Assembly (NCBI GenBank): GCA_031423015.1 | Contig: JANPER010000150.1 | Span: 3,330 to 67,329, forward strand | Source: Planctomycetota bacterium | Lineage (GTDB): Bacteria > Planctomycetota > UBA1135 > UBA2386 | Direction of reading: 5' to 3' | DNA length: 64,000 nucleotides | Shown here: one piece after another, positions 1-9,713 of the stretch | Layout of the letters: each line of letters begins with the position of its first letter | Numbering within the stretch: the stretch's first letter is position 1 | Program-made: the position numbers and the translations under genes | The notes under the pieces: model-generated | Database searches by the model: none | What the model saw: the letters and a program-made list of their open reading frames with translations, nothing else | What the model was told of the DNA's origin: nothing

Positions 1-2193
1 GCAGAGTTCCTTGTCGGCGACGACTCGCCATCGTTTAGGCAGTGCGAAGGCGAGCGCGTCGTCGTTCTTGCGCGCGACCAGAAGGCGGAGGCAGCGGCGG
101 TCGAACGGCTGCACGCCTCGGGATTCCGATCGTTGCTCGACACGATTACCCCGAAGGATCAGCACGCGATCCGCCCCCAGCTGGATGCGCACTATTCGCG
201 GCACGACTTGACCCTCAACAAGCTGGTCGCGAAGCCAGACGCCGCTGCCTGGCAAGCGTTCTTGCAGGGCGAACGCGGCGCGCTGGTGGCGGCGGGTTGG
301 CGTGTCGAGATCGATCCGTCGTTCCGGCACGGCACGCTGCAAGCCTCGGCGTGGTTCGTGCGCGCCAAGCCGGTCACGGGAAACGAGTGGTTCGAACTCG
401 AGATCGGCATCGACGTGGGCGAAGAGCGCGTCGACCTCATGCCGATCTTGCTGCACATGATGCGCGCCCCCGACCAGGCCGTGTTCGAGGCGACCTTGGC
501 GCCGGATGACCAGCGGCAGGTCGCGGTCAACCTGGGCGACGGTCGCCGCGTGATGGTGTCGGCGCGGCGCTTACAGAGCATGTTCACCGCGCTGATCGAG
601 ATGCAGGCCGGCGGCAAGGTCGACGGTCAGCGCATGCAGCTGCGACGGTTGCTGGCGCCGCAGGTCCTCGCGCTCGAAGGACAAGTCGACCGCGTCGAGT
701 GGAAAGACGACGGCGCTCTGCGCGAGCTGGCCCAGAAGCTGCGTTCGTTCGACAAGGTGGCCAAGGTCGCCGTGCCGAAGGCGTTGCGCGCCGACCTACG
801 CGCCTACCAGCGCGAGGGTCTGGCGTGGTTGCAGTTCCTGCGCGAGCACGCGCTGGGTGGCATCCTGGCCGACGACATGGGGCTCGGCAAGACGGTGCAG
901 GCGTTGGCGCACATCGCCGTCGAGAAGGCGTCGGGGCGCATGGACCGCCCGTGCCTCGTGGTGTCACCGACCAGCGTCGTGGCCAACTGGGCAGCGGAGG
1001 CGGAGCGCTTCACGCCCGACCTGTCTGTGCTGGTGTTGCACGGCGCGGCGCGCGCGGCGAACTTCAGCAAGCTCGCCGAGGTCGACCTGGTGCTCACGAC
1101 CTACCCGCTGGTGCTGCGCGATCTCGACGTGTTACGCGCGCAGCCGTTTCATCTGCTGATCGCCGACGAGGCGCAGGTGATCAAGAACGCGCGCGCCAAG
1201 GTGGCGCAGGCGCTGCGCGGCCTGGACGCGCGCCATCGCCTGTGCCTCACCGGCACGCCCTTGGAGAACAACCTCGCCGAGCTGTGGGCGCAGTTCGACT
1301 TCCTGATGCCCGGCGTGCTCGGCGACGCGCGGTCGTTCGGTCAGGTGTTCCGCGGGCCGATCGAGCGGGGCGGCGACGACGCGCGTCGCCAGGCGCTGGT
1401 AGCGCGCATTCGGCCGTTCATCCTGCGCCGCACCAAGGCGACCGTGGCGAGTGAGTTGCCCCCGAAGACCGAAGTAGTGCACGCGGTCGAGATCGAGGGC
1501 GCACAGCGCGATCTCTACGAGACGATCCGCTTGTCGGTGCACGAGCGCGTGCGGCAGACGATCGCCGAGAAGGGCCTCGCCCAGGCGCAGATCGTGATCC
1601 TCGACGCGCTGCTCAAGCTGCGGCAGGTGTGCTGCGACCCGCGGCTGGTCAAGCTCGACGCCGCCAAGGAAGTGACCGAGTCGGCCAAGCTCGACGCGCT
1701 GTTCGACCTGCTGCAGCCGCTGGTTGCCGAAGGCCGTCGCATCCTGCTGTTCTCGCAGTTCACCAGCATGCTCGCGCTGATCGAAGCCGAGCTGAGCCAG
1801 CGTGCGATCGGCTTCGTGAAGCTGACCGGCGACACCAAGGATCGCAAGACGCCCGTCGCGCGCTTCCAAGCCGGCAAGGTGCCGGTGTTCCTCATCAGCC
1901 TCAAGGCGGGCGGCACCGGCTTGAACCTCACCGCCGCGGACACCGTGATTCACTACGACCCGTGGTGGAACCCCGCCGCCGAGCAGCAGGCGACCGACCG
2001 CGCGCACCGCATCGGCCAAGACAAGCCGGTGTTCGTGTTCAAGCTCATCGCGTCCGGCACGGTGGAGGAGCGGATCGGACGGTTGCAGGAACGCAAGCGC
2101 GCGCTGGCGGCGGGCATCCTCGATGGCGGCGACCGTCAGGGCGCCGCGCTCACCAAAGCCGACGTCGAGGCGTTGTTCGCGGCGATGGAGTGA
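1..2193 (+). CDS. SNF2-family DEAD/DEAH-box helicase (RapA/HepA-like), 5' end outside the window
   Basis: Frame 1 is open from nt 1, with no stop before the listed ORF start at 133, so the gene is 5'-truncated. Helicase motif I is DDMGLGKTVQ, motif II is DEAQVIKN and motif VI is QATDRAHRIGQ. Stop at 2191-2193. Confidence 0.9.
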   Translation, partial: AEFLVGDDSPSFRQCEGERVVVLARDQKAEAAAVERLHASGFRSLLDTITPKDQHAIRPQLDAHYSRHDLTLNKLVAKPDAAAWQAFLQGERGALVAAGWRVEIDPSFRHGTLQASAWFVRAKPVTGNEWFELEIGIDVGEERVDLMPILLHMMRAPDQAVFEATLAPDDQRQVAVNLGDGRRVMVSARRLQSMFTALIEMQAGGKVDGQRMQLRRLLAPQVLALEGQVDRVEWKDDGALRELAQKLRSFDKVAKVAVPKALRADLRAYQREGLAWLQFLREHALGGILADDMGLGKTVQALAHIAVEKASGRMDRPCLVVSPTSVVANWAAEAERFTPDLSVLVLHGAARAANFSKLAEVDLVLTTYPLVLRDLDVLRAQPFHLLIADEAQVIKNARAKVAQALRGLDARHRLCLTGTPLENNLAELWAQFDFLMPGVLGDARSFGQVFRGPIERGGDDARRQALVARIRPFILRRTKATVASELPPKTEVVHAVEIEGAQRDLYETIRLSVHERVRQTIAEKGLAQAQIVILDALLKLRQVCCDPRLVKLDAAKEVTESAKLDALFDLLQPLVAEGRRILLFSQFTSMLALIEAELSQRAIGFVKLTGDTKDRKTPVARFQAGKVPVFLISLKAGGTGLNLTAADTVIHYDPWWNPAAEQQATDRAHRIGQDKPVFVFKLIASGTVEERIGRLQERKRALAAGILDGGDRQGAALTKADVEALFAAME

Positions 2194-2208
2194 GGCGTGC
2201 GCGTGCGC

Positions 2209-2949
2209 TCACACGGCGGGCACTGGCAACTTCCCCTTCACCAGGAACTGCGTGCGCGCGAATTCCACCATTTCGTGGCGCAGCACATCGCGGCGCACGA
2301 ACACCACGCGCTGGCGCGACGTCGTGCAGTGCCAGGTCTGCGGCGCGCGAGGCTGCCGGTTGGCGAACGCGCGCGGCGTGAACACGCCGATGTTGACGCC
2401 GCCTTGTGCGCGCGCCGAGGGTGTGCGGAACGCTTCGACCCCGAGGTCGCGCATGGCGGTGCCGAGCGTCTGTGTCGCGTCATAGCCGACAGGTGAAGCG
2501 AGGGTGTCGCGGTGTGCGGTGAAGCGACCGCGGGTGAGGTCGACACCGTGCGCCGAGGTCACACCGACCGCGAACACCGTGTGTTCTGACACCGCGTGCT
2601 CGATCTTTGCGGCGGTGCCGTCGAGGAACGCCAGCCGGTAGTACGCGGCTTCGGCCAAGGTGGTGCGCACTTCCTCGGCGCCATACCAGATGCCACGCTG
2701 ATCACGCCGGCCAAAGCGCGACCCGTGCCGCAGCGGCGGGTAGCGAAACGGCGTCGCCAGCAGGTAGTGCAGGTCGCGCACGTCGTCGGCTTCCTTCTGC
2801 GGCTTGCTGCGCTCGATCAGGTCTTCGAGCACGTCGTGCTCGGCGGCGGTGTCCACGAGCTTCAGAGTGGCGATGCGATGCTGCGCCTCGACGATGCGAT
2901 GCGCCGTGGTCGTCAATCGGCCGACATCGCGCGCGCTGACCGTCGGCAC
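2209..2949 (-). CDS. RES-domain toxin of a RES-Xre toxin-antitoxin pair
   Basis: ORF 2209..3147 is trimmed to the GTG at 2949, which lies 5 nt downstream of the antitoxin stop (2954-2956). The core LATPFRYPPLRHGSRFGRRDQRGIWYGAEEVRTTLAEAAYY has the Arg/Glu/Ser-type pattern of RES domains. The position directly after an Xre/DUF2384 gene is the canonical arrangement. Confidence 0.8.
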   Translation of the reverse strand: MPTVSARDVGRLTTTAHRIVEAQHRIATLKLVDTAAEHDVLEDLIERSKPQKEADDVRDLHYLLATPFRYPPLRHGSRFGRRDQRGIWYGAEEVRTTLAEAAYYRLAFLDGTAAKIEHAVSEHTVFAVGVTSAHGVDLTRGRFTAHRDTLASPVGYDATQTLGTAMRDLGVEAFRTPSARAQGGVNIGVFTPRAFANRQPRAPQTWHCTTSRQRVVFVRRDVLRHEMVEFARTQFLVKGKLPVPAV

Positions 2950-2953
2950 AAGA

Positions 2954-3334
2954 TCACGCTCGGCCGCGCATTGCGTCGAGGTAGTCGACCACGGCGACCA
3001 GGCCGGCGGCCGACTCGATGAGCTGAGCCGGAACTCCACCGAGGTGCGTGTTGTTCGCCTCGAGCCACTGGCGACTGTTGTCGCCGCCGCCGCCGAACAG
3101 GGCATCGAGGCTGCGGAACACGCGTACGAACAGCACCGCCAGCTCACCGGCCTTCGACTCGGGATCGAGCGGTCGGCCGCCGCCCAGGCGCGAGACCGTC
3201 GCCTCGCTGATCCCGAGGATGCGAGCGATACGGTTCTGGCGGACGCCGAGGTGCTCGGCGGTGCGCAAGACGGCGCGGGACAAGACGACGCCGGGGTCGG
3301 CTTCTGGTCGCGAACGGGGTCGGGCGGTGAGCAT
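2954..3334 (-). CDS. Xre-type antitoxin with DUF2384-like C-terminal domain (MbcA/ParS-like)
   Basis: The N-terminal HTH-like segment is LGVRQNRIARILGISEATVSRL. The C-terminal segment WLEANNTHLGGVPAQLIESAAGLVAVVDYLDAMRG is typical of DUF2384 antitoxins that neutralise RES toxins. It is the upstream gene of the pair. Confidence 0.8.
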   Translation of the reverse strand: MLTARPRSRPEADPGVVLSRAVLRTAEHLGVRQNRIARILGISEATVSRLGGGRPLDPESKAGELAVLFVRVFRSLDALFGGGGDNSRQWLEANNTHLGGVPAQLIESAAGLVAVVDYLDAMRGRA

Positions 3335-3462
3335 TGCTAGGGAAAGATATCGTCTGTTGGTTGCCCGGGCAAGAGGCCGACTCTACGCCCCAACCACTCC
3401 AGTTGCCGCCGAAAACCCCCGCCCACGGGGGTCTACCGGGCCGCGCCGCTAAGATCGGCTCG

Positions 3463-4449
3463 ATGCGAGCTGGCGCAGACCCTCGTCCCGCTGTGAAACC
3501 CCTCGGCGCCACGCCGCAGCGGCACAGCCTCACCCTGCGGGTGTCGGCGCCCTTCGAGCTGCGCCTGGTGGCGTTCGGGCACGGCTGGATCGACCTGCCG
3601 CCCTTTCGTTGGGACGCCGCACGCAACGCGCTCGCGACCGTGCTCGATCTCGGTACGTCGGTTGGCGCTGTGCCGGTCGACATCGAGATCAGCACCCGTC
3701 GCGACGACCTGTTGCACGTCGACCTCGTCGCGGCGACCACACTGTCGCCCGCGCAGCGCAAACGGGCCGAGCGCGCGTTGCACACCATGCTGCGCCTCGA
3801 TCAGGACCTGGCGCCGTTCTACGCGCTGTGCGCCGAGCACCCGCGTTTGCGTTGGGCGATGGTGCGCGGCGGCGGTCGCCTGCTGCGCGGCGCCAGCGTG
3901 TTCGAGGACCTGCTGAAGCTCTTGTTCACCACCAACTGCTCGTGGTCGGCGACCAAGAAGATGACCGAGCGCACCGTCGAGGCGCTCGGTGAGCGCGCGC
4001 CATCGGGTCGGCCCGCGTTCCCGTCGCCGGCGAAGTGCGCCGACGCGGCCACGTCGTTCTGGCGCCAAGAGGTTCGCGTCGGTTACCGCGACACGGCGTG
4101 CGCGGCGTTGGCCGAGGCGTTCGCCAGCGGCACGCTCACCGAGGCCTGGTTCACCGACCCGGAGGTGCCGACCGATGAGTTGCGCCGACGGCTGCTCACG
4201 CTGCGCGGCGTCGGACCGTACGCCGCCGGCCAAGCGCTTCGCCTGCTCGGTCACTACCAAGACCTGGCGCTCGACTCATGGTGTCGCGCCCGCCTCGCCG
4301 AGCTGCGGGGCAAGAAGAAGCCGCCGAGCGACAAGGCGGTGGCGCGCGAGTACCGCGCGTTCGGCACGTTCGCCGGGCTGGCGCTGTGGCTCGACCTCAC
4401 GCGCGCGTGGCACGACAAAGACGGAGATCGAGCGCCGTTGCAGGCGTGA
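3463..4449 (+). CDS. HhH-GPD superfamily DNA glycosylase (AlkA/OGG-like)
   Basis: ATG at 3463 is chosen inside ORF 3334..4449. The helix-hairpin-helix/GPD-like element is LLTLRGVGPYAAGQALRLLGHYQDLALDSW, with an Asp after the hairpin. It is divergent from the TA pair. Confidence 0.6.
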   Translation: MRAGADPRPAVKPLGATPQRHSLTLRVSAPFELRLVAFGHGWIDLPPFRWDAARNALATVLDLGTSVGAVPVDIEISTRRDDLLHVDLVAATTLSPAQRKRAERALHTMLRLDQDLAPFYALCAEHPRLRWAMVRGGGRLLRGASVFEDLLKLLFTTNCSWSATKKMTERTVEALGERAPSGRPAFPSPAKCADAATSFWRQEVRVGYRDTACAALAEAFASGTLTEAWFTDPEVPTDELRRRLLTLRGVGPYAAGQALRLLGHYQDLALDSWCRARLAELRGKKKPPSDKAVAREYRAFGTFAGLALWLDLTRAWHDKDGDRAPLQA

Positions 4450-6731
4450 AGCGCGCGGTCGCGGTGCGCTATGGTTCGGCGATGGTGTTGCCGTTGCTGT
4501 CGCGCGTGCTGTGTTGCCTGTCGCTGCTCGTTGGCGTGTCGGCGCAGAGCGAGCCAGCCGCTGCGCCGCGGCTACGCACGGCGTTTTGCGCCGACGTCGA
4601 TCCGCGGGCGCCGCATCCGGAGTATCCGCGGCCGCAGTTGGTGCGCGAGCGCTGGGCGAATCTGAACGGCGAGTGGCAGCTCGCGGTTCAGGCGCACGAC
4701 GCGCCGGCGCCGGCTACCTACCCGCGGCGCGTGCTCGTGCCGTTCCCGCTGGAGTCGACGCTGTCGGGCGTCACCAAAGGCCTGCTACCGAGCGAGCGCG
4801 CGTGGTACCGACGCACCTTCAGCGTGCCCGCGACGTGGCGCAGCGAGCGCACCTGGCTGCGCTTTGGCGCGGTCGATTGGGAGGCGCGCGTGCTGGTGAA
4901 CGGCCAAGAGATCGGTACGCATCGCGGCGGCTACGACCCGTTCAACCTGGACATCACCGACGCGTTGCGGCCGCAGGGTGAGCAGGAGCTGATCGTCGTC
5001 GTGCACGATCCGACCGACCAAGGCACGCAACCGCGCGGCAAGCAGGTGCTGTCGCCGAGCGGCATCTGGTACACGCCGACGTCGGGGATCTGGCAGACGG
5101 TGTGGCTCGAACCGGTGCCGGCGCTCGGAATCGAGCGCTTGCACCTGGTGCCCAAGCTCGGGCCGCCACGCATCGAGGTGCGCGCGTACGGCCATCTCGA
5201 CGAGTTGGATCTGGAGGTCGAGATCGGCGCGCCGGCGAGTGCGAAGGTCCGCGCGCGCGGCGATGCCACACGCACGCTCACGATCGCCATCCCCGACGCG
5301 CAGCTGTGGTCGCCCGACCAGCCGAACTTGTACGCGATGCAGGTGCGGGTGCGCAGCGGCGACGACGTGGTCGATGTCGTGGCGAGCTACTTCGGCCTGC
5401 GCGAGATCGCCTTGGGCAAGGACGCGGCGGGCACGCCGCGCTTGCTGCTGAACGGCACGCCGCTGTTTCAGCTCGGCACGCTCGATCAAGGCTTCTGGCC
5501 AGACGGGCTCTACACCGCGCCCACCGACGCGGCGCTGCGCTTCGACCTCGAAGTCACCAAGCGCCTCGGCTTCAACATGGTGCGCAAGCACGTCAAGGTC
5601 GAACCCGCGACGTGGTACGCGCACTGCGATCGCCTCGGCTTGCTGGTGTGGCAGGACATGCCGAGCGGCGACCAGTACATCGGCAGCAACGACGCGGATG
5701 CCAAGCGCAGCGCGGACTCGGCGGCGCAGTTCGAGTTCGAACTCGGCGCCATGATGGACGCCGTCGGCAACAGCCCGGCGGTCGTGATGTGGGTGCCCTT
5801 CAACGAAGGGTGGGGCCAGTTCGACACCGCGCGCATCGCGCAGTGGGTGAAGGCGCGCGACCCGACGCGTCTGGTGAACTCGGCCAGCGGGTGGACCGAC
5901 CGCGGTGTGGGCGACGTGCATGATGTGCACGTGTACCCAGGACCCGGCATGCCGAAGGTGGAGTCCACGCGCGCCGCAGTGCTCGGCGAGTTCGGCGGCC
6001 TCGGCTTGCCAGTCGCCGGGCATACCTGGCAGCAGAAAGAGAACTGGGGCTACCGTAGCTTCACCGACTCCGACGCGCTGCAACTCGCGTACGCCGAGCT
6101 GCTCACTGATCTGCGCCTGCTCATCCCGCAGGGACTGTGCGCCGCGGTGTACACGCAGACGACCGACGTCGAGATCGAGGTCAACGGCTTGCTGACCTAC
6201 GATCGCGCGTTGGTGAAGGTGGACGAGGGCGTGGTGCGCGCGGCGAACTTGGCGCTGCACCTGCCGCCGCCGCGCATCGACGTGCTGGTGCCGTGCGCGC
6301 AGGAGAGTGCGCAGCGCTGGCGTTTCACGACCGATGCGCCGGCCGACGGGTGGGAGCGCGAGGCGTTCGACGACGCGGCGTGGCAGGAAAGTGTGAGCGG
6401 CTTCGGCACGGCGGGCACCCCGGGTGCGATCGTCGGCACCGAGTGGAAGACGCGCGACCTCTGGCTGCGTCGCACCATCGAGCTGCCGGTCGACTTCGAC
6501 GCGGCGACGCTGCACTTGCGCATGCACCACGACGAAGACGTGGCGGTGCACGTGAACGGCGTGGAGATCGCGCGCGTGCCCGGCTACAGCACTGCGTATC
6601 GGCTGCATCGCCTGCCGGCGAGCGCCGCGGCCGCGTTCCGCAAGGGCGCCAACGTGCTGGCGGTGCACTGCCGGCAGACCACCGGGGGGCAGTACATCGA
6701 CGTGGGCGTCGTCGCGGTGCGCGAACGATGA
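4446..6731 (+). CDS. Secreted glycoside hydrolase family 2 (beta-galactosidase/mannosidase-like)
   Basis: The GTG at 4446 overlaps the upstream stop (GTGA); the alternative start is the ATG at 4482, directly before the signal-like MVLPLLSRVLCCLSLLVGVSAQ. The GH2 sugar-binding region is WLRFGAVDWEARVLVNGQEIGTHRGGYDPFNLDITD. The TIM-barrel region has VPFNEGWGQ (acid/base NE) and LGEFGG. Confidence 0.8.
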   Translation: MKRAVAVRYGSAMVLPLLSRVLCCLSLLVGVSAQSEPAAAPRLRTAFCADVDPRAPHPEYPRPQLVRERWANLNGEWQLAVQAHDAPAPATYPRRVLVPFPLESTLSGVTKGLLPSERAWYRRTFSVPATWRSERTWLRFGAVDWEARVLVNGQEIGTHRGGYDPFNLDITDALRPQGEQELIVVVHDPTDQGTQPRGKQVLSPSGIWYTPTSGIWQTVWLEPVPALGIERLHLVPKLGPPRIEVRAYGHLDELDLEVEIGAPASAKVRARGDATRTLTIAIPDAQLWSPDQPNLYAMQVRVRSGDDVVDVVASYFGLREIALGKDAAGTPRLLLNGTPLFQLGTLDQGFWPDGLYTAPTDAALRFDLEVTKRLGFNMVRKHVKVEPATWYAHCDRLGLLVWQDMPSGDQYIGSNDADAKRSADSAAQFEFELGAMMDAVGNSPAVVMWVPFNEGWGQFDTARIAQWVKARDPTRLVNSASGWTDRGVGDVHDVHVYPGPGMPKVESTRAAVLGEFGGLGLPVAGHTWQQKENWGYRSFTDSDALQLAYAELLTDLRLLIPQGLCAAVYTQTTDVEIEVNGLLTYDRALVKVDEGVVRAANLALHLPPPRIDVLVPCAQESAQRWRFTTDAPADGWEREAFDDAAWQESVSGFGTAGTPGAIVGTEWKTRDLWLRRTIELPVDFDAATLHLRMHHDEDVAVHVNGVEIARVPGYSTAYRLHRLPASAAAAFRKGANVLAVHCRQTTGGQYIDVGVVAVRER

Positions 6732-7750
6732 GCGCGTTCGTCCTGCTGCTAGCGTTGCTGCAGACACCCGTCGAACCCGCGGCTCCGCGCGCGCACACGG
6801 TGCTCGCCTGCGGGTCGTGCGCCAGCGACGACAAGTTCAAGGTGCAGCCGATCTGGAACGTCATGCGCGCGGCGCGGCCCGACGCGGTGGTGTTGCTCGG
6901 CGACACGCCGTACATCGACTCCACCGAACTCGAGATCCAGCGCGCGCGCTATCGCCGCTTCTTTGCGCGGGACGAGATCGTGGCGCTGCGCGCGGAAGCG
7001 CCGTTCTACTGCACGTGGGACGACCACGACTTCGGCACCAACGACTGCGACGGGCGCGTCGACGGCAAGGAAGACTCGCGGCGCGCGTTCGTGGAGGCGC
7101 ACCCCGAGCGCGAGTGCGGCCTCGACGGCGAGGGCGTCTTCATCCGCTTTCGGCACGGTCCGGTCGAGGTGTTCTTGTTGGACACGCGCTACTTCATGCG
7201 CACCGAGCCGTCGCCGTGCGGCGAGGGCCTGACCGTGCTCGGCCGCAAGCAATGGAAGTGGCTGCAAGACGGGCTGCGCGCATCGACGGCACCGTTCAAG
7301 ATCCTGGCGTGCGGCATGGTGTGGAACGACGCGGTGCGCCCGCTCAAGACCGACTACTGGGGCGCGTTCCCGGCCGAGCGCGCGGCGTTGTTCGCGTTCC
7401 TCGGCGCGGCGAAGATCGCCGGCGTCGTGCTGTTGAGTGGCGACATCCACCGGTCGCGTGTGATCCGCCACGCCACGCGCGAGGTCGTCGGCTACGAGCT
7501 CACCGAGCTGATCACGTCGCCGTTGGCGCAGAGCGTGATCGCCTTGGCCGACGCGCCGCACCCGGGCCTGGTGTGGGATGTTGGCGTGGAGCAGACGTGT
7601 CTGCTGATCGAGGCCACCGAGCTGGTGTTGACCGCGCGCTTCATGCAGGCCGGCGACCCGGCGCGGCCTGCCGAGATGTTCAGCACGCGTGTGTTTGCCG
7701 AACACCTCGTGCCACCGCGGCTGCGCGCCGGTGGGTCGGTTCGCAAGTAG
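6728..7750 (+). CDS. PhoD-like metallophosphatase (alkaline phosphatase D family)
   Basis: The ATG at 6728 overlaps the GH2 stop (ATGA). The N-terminus MSAFVLLLALLQ is signal-like. Metallophosphatase motifs are VVLLGDTPY, WDDHDFGTND and LLSGDIHRS. Confidence 0.75.
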   Translation: MSAFVLLLALLQTPVEPAAPRAHTVLACGSCASDDKFKVQPIWNVMRAARPDAVVLLGDTPYIDSTELEIQRARYRRFFARDEIVALRAEAPFYCTWDDHDFGTNDCDGRVDGKEDSRRAFVEAHPERECGLDGEGVFIRFRHGPVEVFLLDTRYFMRTEPSPCGEGLTVLGRKQWKWLQDGLRASTAPFKILACGMVWNDAVRPLKTDYWGAFPAERAALFAFLGAAKIAGVVLLSGDIHRSRVIRHATREVVGYELTELITSPLAQSVIALADAPHPGLVWDVGVEQTCLLIEATELVLTARFMQAGDPARPAEMFSTRVFAEHLVPPRLRAGGSVRK

Positions 7751-7791
7751 GAGGTGTGGAGCTGCGCGCGGCGCGAACGCTAGTTTGCGCC

Positions 7792-8208
7792 ATGCCGGCG
7801 CGCGGCTATAACCCCGGCGTGGTCTCCCTTCGCAAGCTCTACACCCCGCACGAAGCGAATCGCACGCTGCCTCTGGTGCGCGCGATCACCAAGGACATCC
7901 GCGACATCGCGCTGCGCATGCGCGCGACTTGGGATCGCCTGCAGCACCTGGGCGCCGGCCGACCGACCGAGCGCGCGCAGATCGAAGACACCTTCGAAGA
8001 CGACCGCCAGCGCTTGTTGGCGATGAACGAGGAACTGGAGCAGTTGGGTGTCGAGCTGAAGGACCCGGTCACCGGGCTGCTCGACTTCCGCGCGCAACGC
8101 GGCGGCGAAGAGGTGTACCTGTGCTGGCGCCTGGGCGAGGATTGCATCGACCACTGGCACGAGTTGGAGACTGGATTTGCCGGTCGGCAACCGTTGACGA
8201 CGTTCTAG
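7792..8208 (+). CDS. DUF2203-family protein
   Basis: ATG at 7792 lies inside the long ORF 6817..8208. The pattern KLYTPHEANRTLPLVRAI ... GLLDFRAQRGGEEVYLCWRLGEDCIDHWHELETGFAGRQP matches my recollection of DUF2203. Confidence 0.55.
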   Translation: MPARGYNPGVVSLRKLYTPHEANRTLPLVRAITKDIRDIALRMRATWDRLQHLGAGRPTERAQIEDTFEDDRQRLLAMNEELEQLGVELKDPVTGLLDFRAQRGGEEVYLCWRLGEDCIDHWHELETGFAGRQPLTTF

Positions 8209-8334
8209 GCTCGTGGGTGACTTCCCCCCGGAACACACGCGCGCTTCCCGACCGGAATCGGCCTACCATGTGACCCCTCGGCGTCCTCGTGGCGCCGCGC
8301 GTAAGCCCCGTTCACCAAGTTCTCCTCTAGTCGT

Positions 8335-9519
8335 ATGCCGCGTCCCGTCATCGTCTCTGCCGTCCGCACGCCGATCGGCAAGTTCCAGGGTGGACTCGCC
8401 TCGTTCACCGCGCCGCAGCTCGGTTCTCACGTCATCCGCGAGGCGATCAAGCGCGCCGGCTTGAGCGCCGACGCCATCGAAGACGTGTTGATGGGCTGCG
8501 TTTTGCAAGCTGGTCTTGGTCAGAACCCGGCGCGTCAAGCGCTGCGCGGCGCGGGCATTCCCGACGCGATCGGCGCGGTCACCATCAACAAGGTGTGCGG
8601 CAGCGGGCTCAAGGCGGTGATGCTGGCGGCGCAGGCGATCAAGGCGGGCGACGTCAAGGTCGCGGTCGCGGGCGGCATGGAGTCGATGAGCAACGTGCCG
8701 TACCTGTTGCCGACCGCGCGCAACGGCGCGCGCCTGGGGCACACGCAGCTCCTCGACGGCATCATCCAGGACGGCTTGTGGGACGTGTACAAGGACTTCC
8801 ACATGGGCAACACCGCCGAGCTGGTGGTGGAGAAGTATGGAATCACGCGCGAGCAACAGGACGCGTACGCGGTCGACAGCCATCGCAAGGCGGTGGCGGC
8901 GCAGGCCGCGGGGAAGTTCAAGCGCGAGATCCTCGCCCTGGAGCTGAAGGGCAAGAAGGGCGAGGTCACGCTGATCGACAAGGACGAGGGGCCGCGCGGC
9001 GACAGCACGGTGGAAGCGCTCGCCAAGCTGCGGCCGGCGTTCAAGCCGCAAGGTGGTTCGGTCACCGCCGGCAACGCCAGCTCGATCAACGACGGCGCCG
9101 CGGCGTGCGTCGTGGTCGACGAGGACTTTGCCAAGGCCAACGGCCTGAAGCCCATCGCGCGCATCCTCGGTTACACCACCGGCGGCATGGCGCCGGAGTG
9201 GGTGATGATGGCGCCGATGGTGGCGGTGCAGAAGCTGTGTGCGCTGCTCGCGTGCAAAGCGCAAGACTTCGACGTGGTCGAGTTGAACGAGGCCTTCGCC
9301 GCCCAGTGCGTGGCGCTGCAACGCGAACTCGCGATCGACCCGAACAAGCTCAACGTGCACGGTGGCGCCGTGGCGCTAGGGCACCCGATCGGCGCGTCCG
9401 GCGCACGCGTGCTGACCACGCTGCTGCACGCCATGCAGGATCGCGGCGCGACGCGTGGCCTCGCCGCGCTGTGTCTGGGCGGCGGCAACGCAGTGGCCAT
9501 GGGTGTCGAGCGGATGTGA
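8335..9519 (+). CDS. Acetyl-CoA C-acetyltransferase (thiolase II)
   Basis: N-terminus PVIVSAVRTPIGKFQG. The active-site Cys context is INKVCGSGLKAV, and the C-terminal motifs are NVHGGAVALGHPIGASGAR and CLGGGNAVAM. Confidence 0.95.
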   Translation: MPRPVIVSAVRTPIGKFQGGLASFTAPQLGSHVIREAIKRAGLSADAIEDVLMGCVLQAGLGQNPARQALRGAGIPDAIGAVTINKVCGSGLKAVMLAAQAIKAGDVKVAVAGGMESMSNVPYLLPTARNGARLGHTQLLDGIIQDGLWDVYKDFHMGNTAELVVEKYGITREQQDAYAVDSHRKAVAAQAAGKFKREILALELKGKKGEVTLIDKDEGPRGDSTVEALAKLRPAFKPQGGSVTAGNASSINDGAAACVVVDEDFAKANGLKPIARILGYTTGGMAPEWVMMAPMVAVQKLCALLACKAQDFDVVELNEAFAAQCVALQRELAIDPNKLNVHGGAVALGHPIGASGARVLTTLLHAMQDRGATRGLAALCLGGGNAVAMGVERM

Positions 9520-9713
9520 GTCGAACGAAGATCCGGCGCGCGTACGCAAGGTTGTTGTTGGCGAGGTGTGGCGGCCACGTCGTTCCGTTCCCTTGAAGTT
9601 CTAGACGCGTAATCGACGGCAGGCTCAAGCATCGGGGTGCGGAAGCCGAAGGGTGCTCCGCGAGGGCGAACTTCGCAGGCAAACCCGAAAACCTCCACAC
9701 AGGAGAGGCGCGT

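Noticed and set aside
4785-6767. 660-aa ORF on the minus strand covering almost the whole GH2 gene
   Set aside because: It is a shadow ORF, typical of very GC-rich DNA. It is Arg/Ala/His/Gly-rich with no recognisable motif, whereas the + strand frame has clear GH2 signatures.
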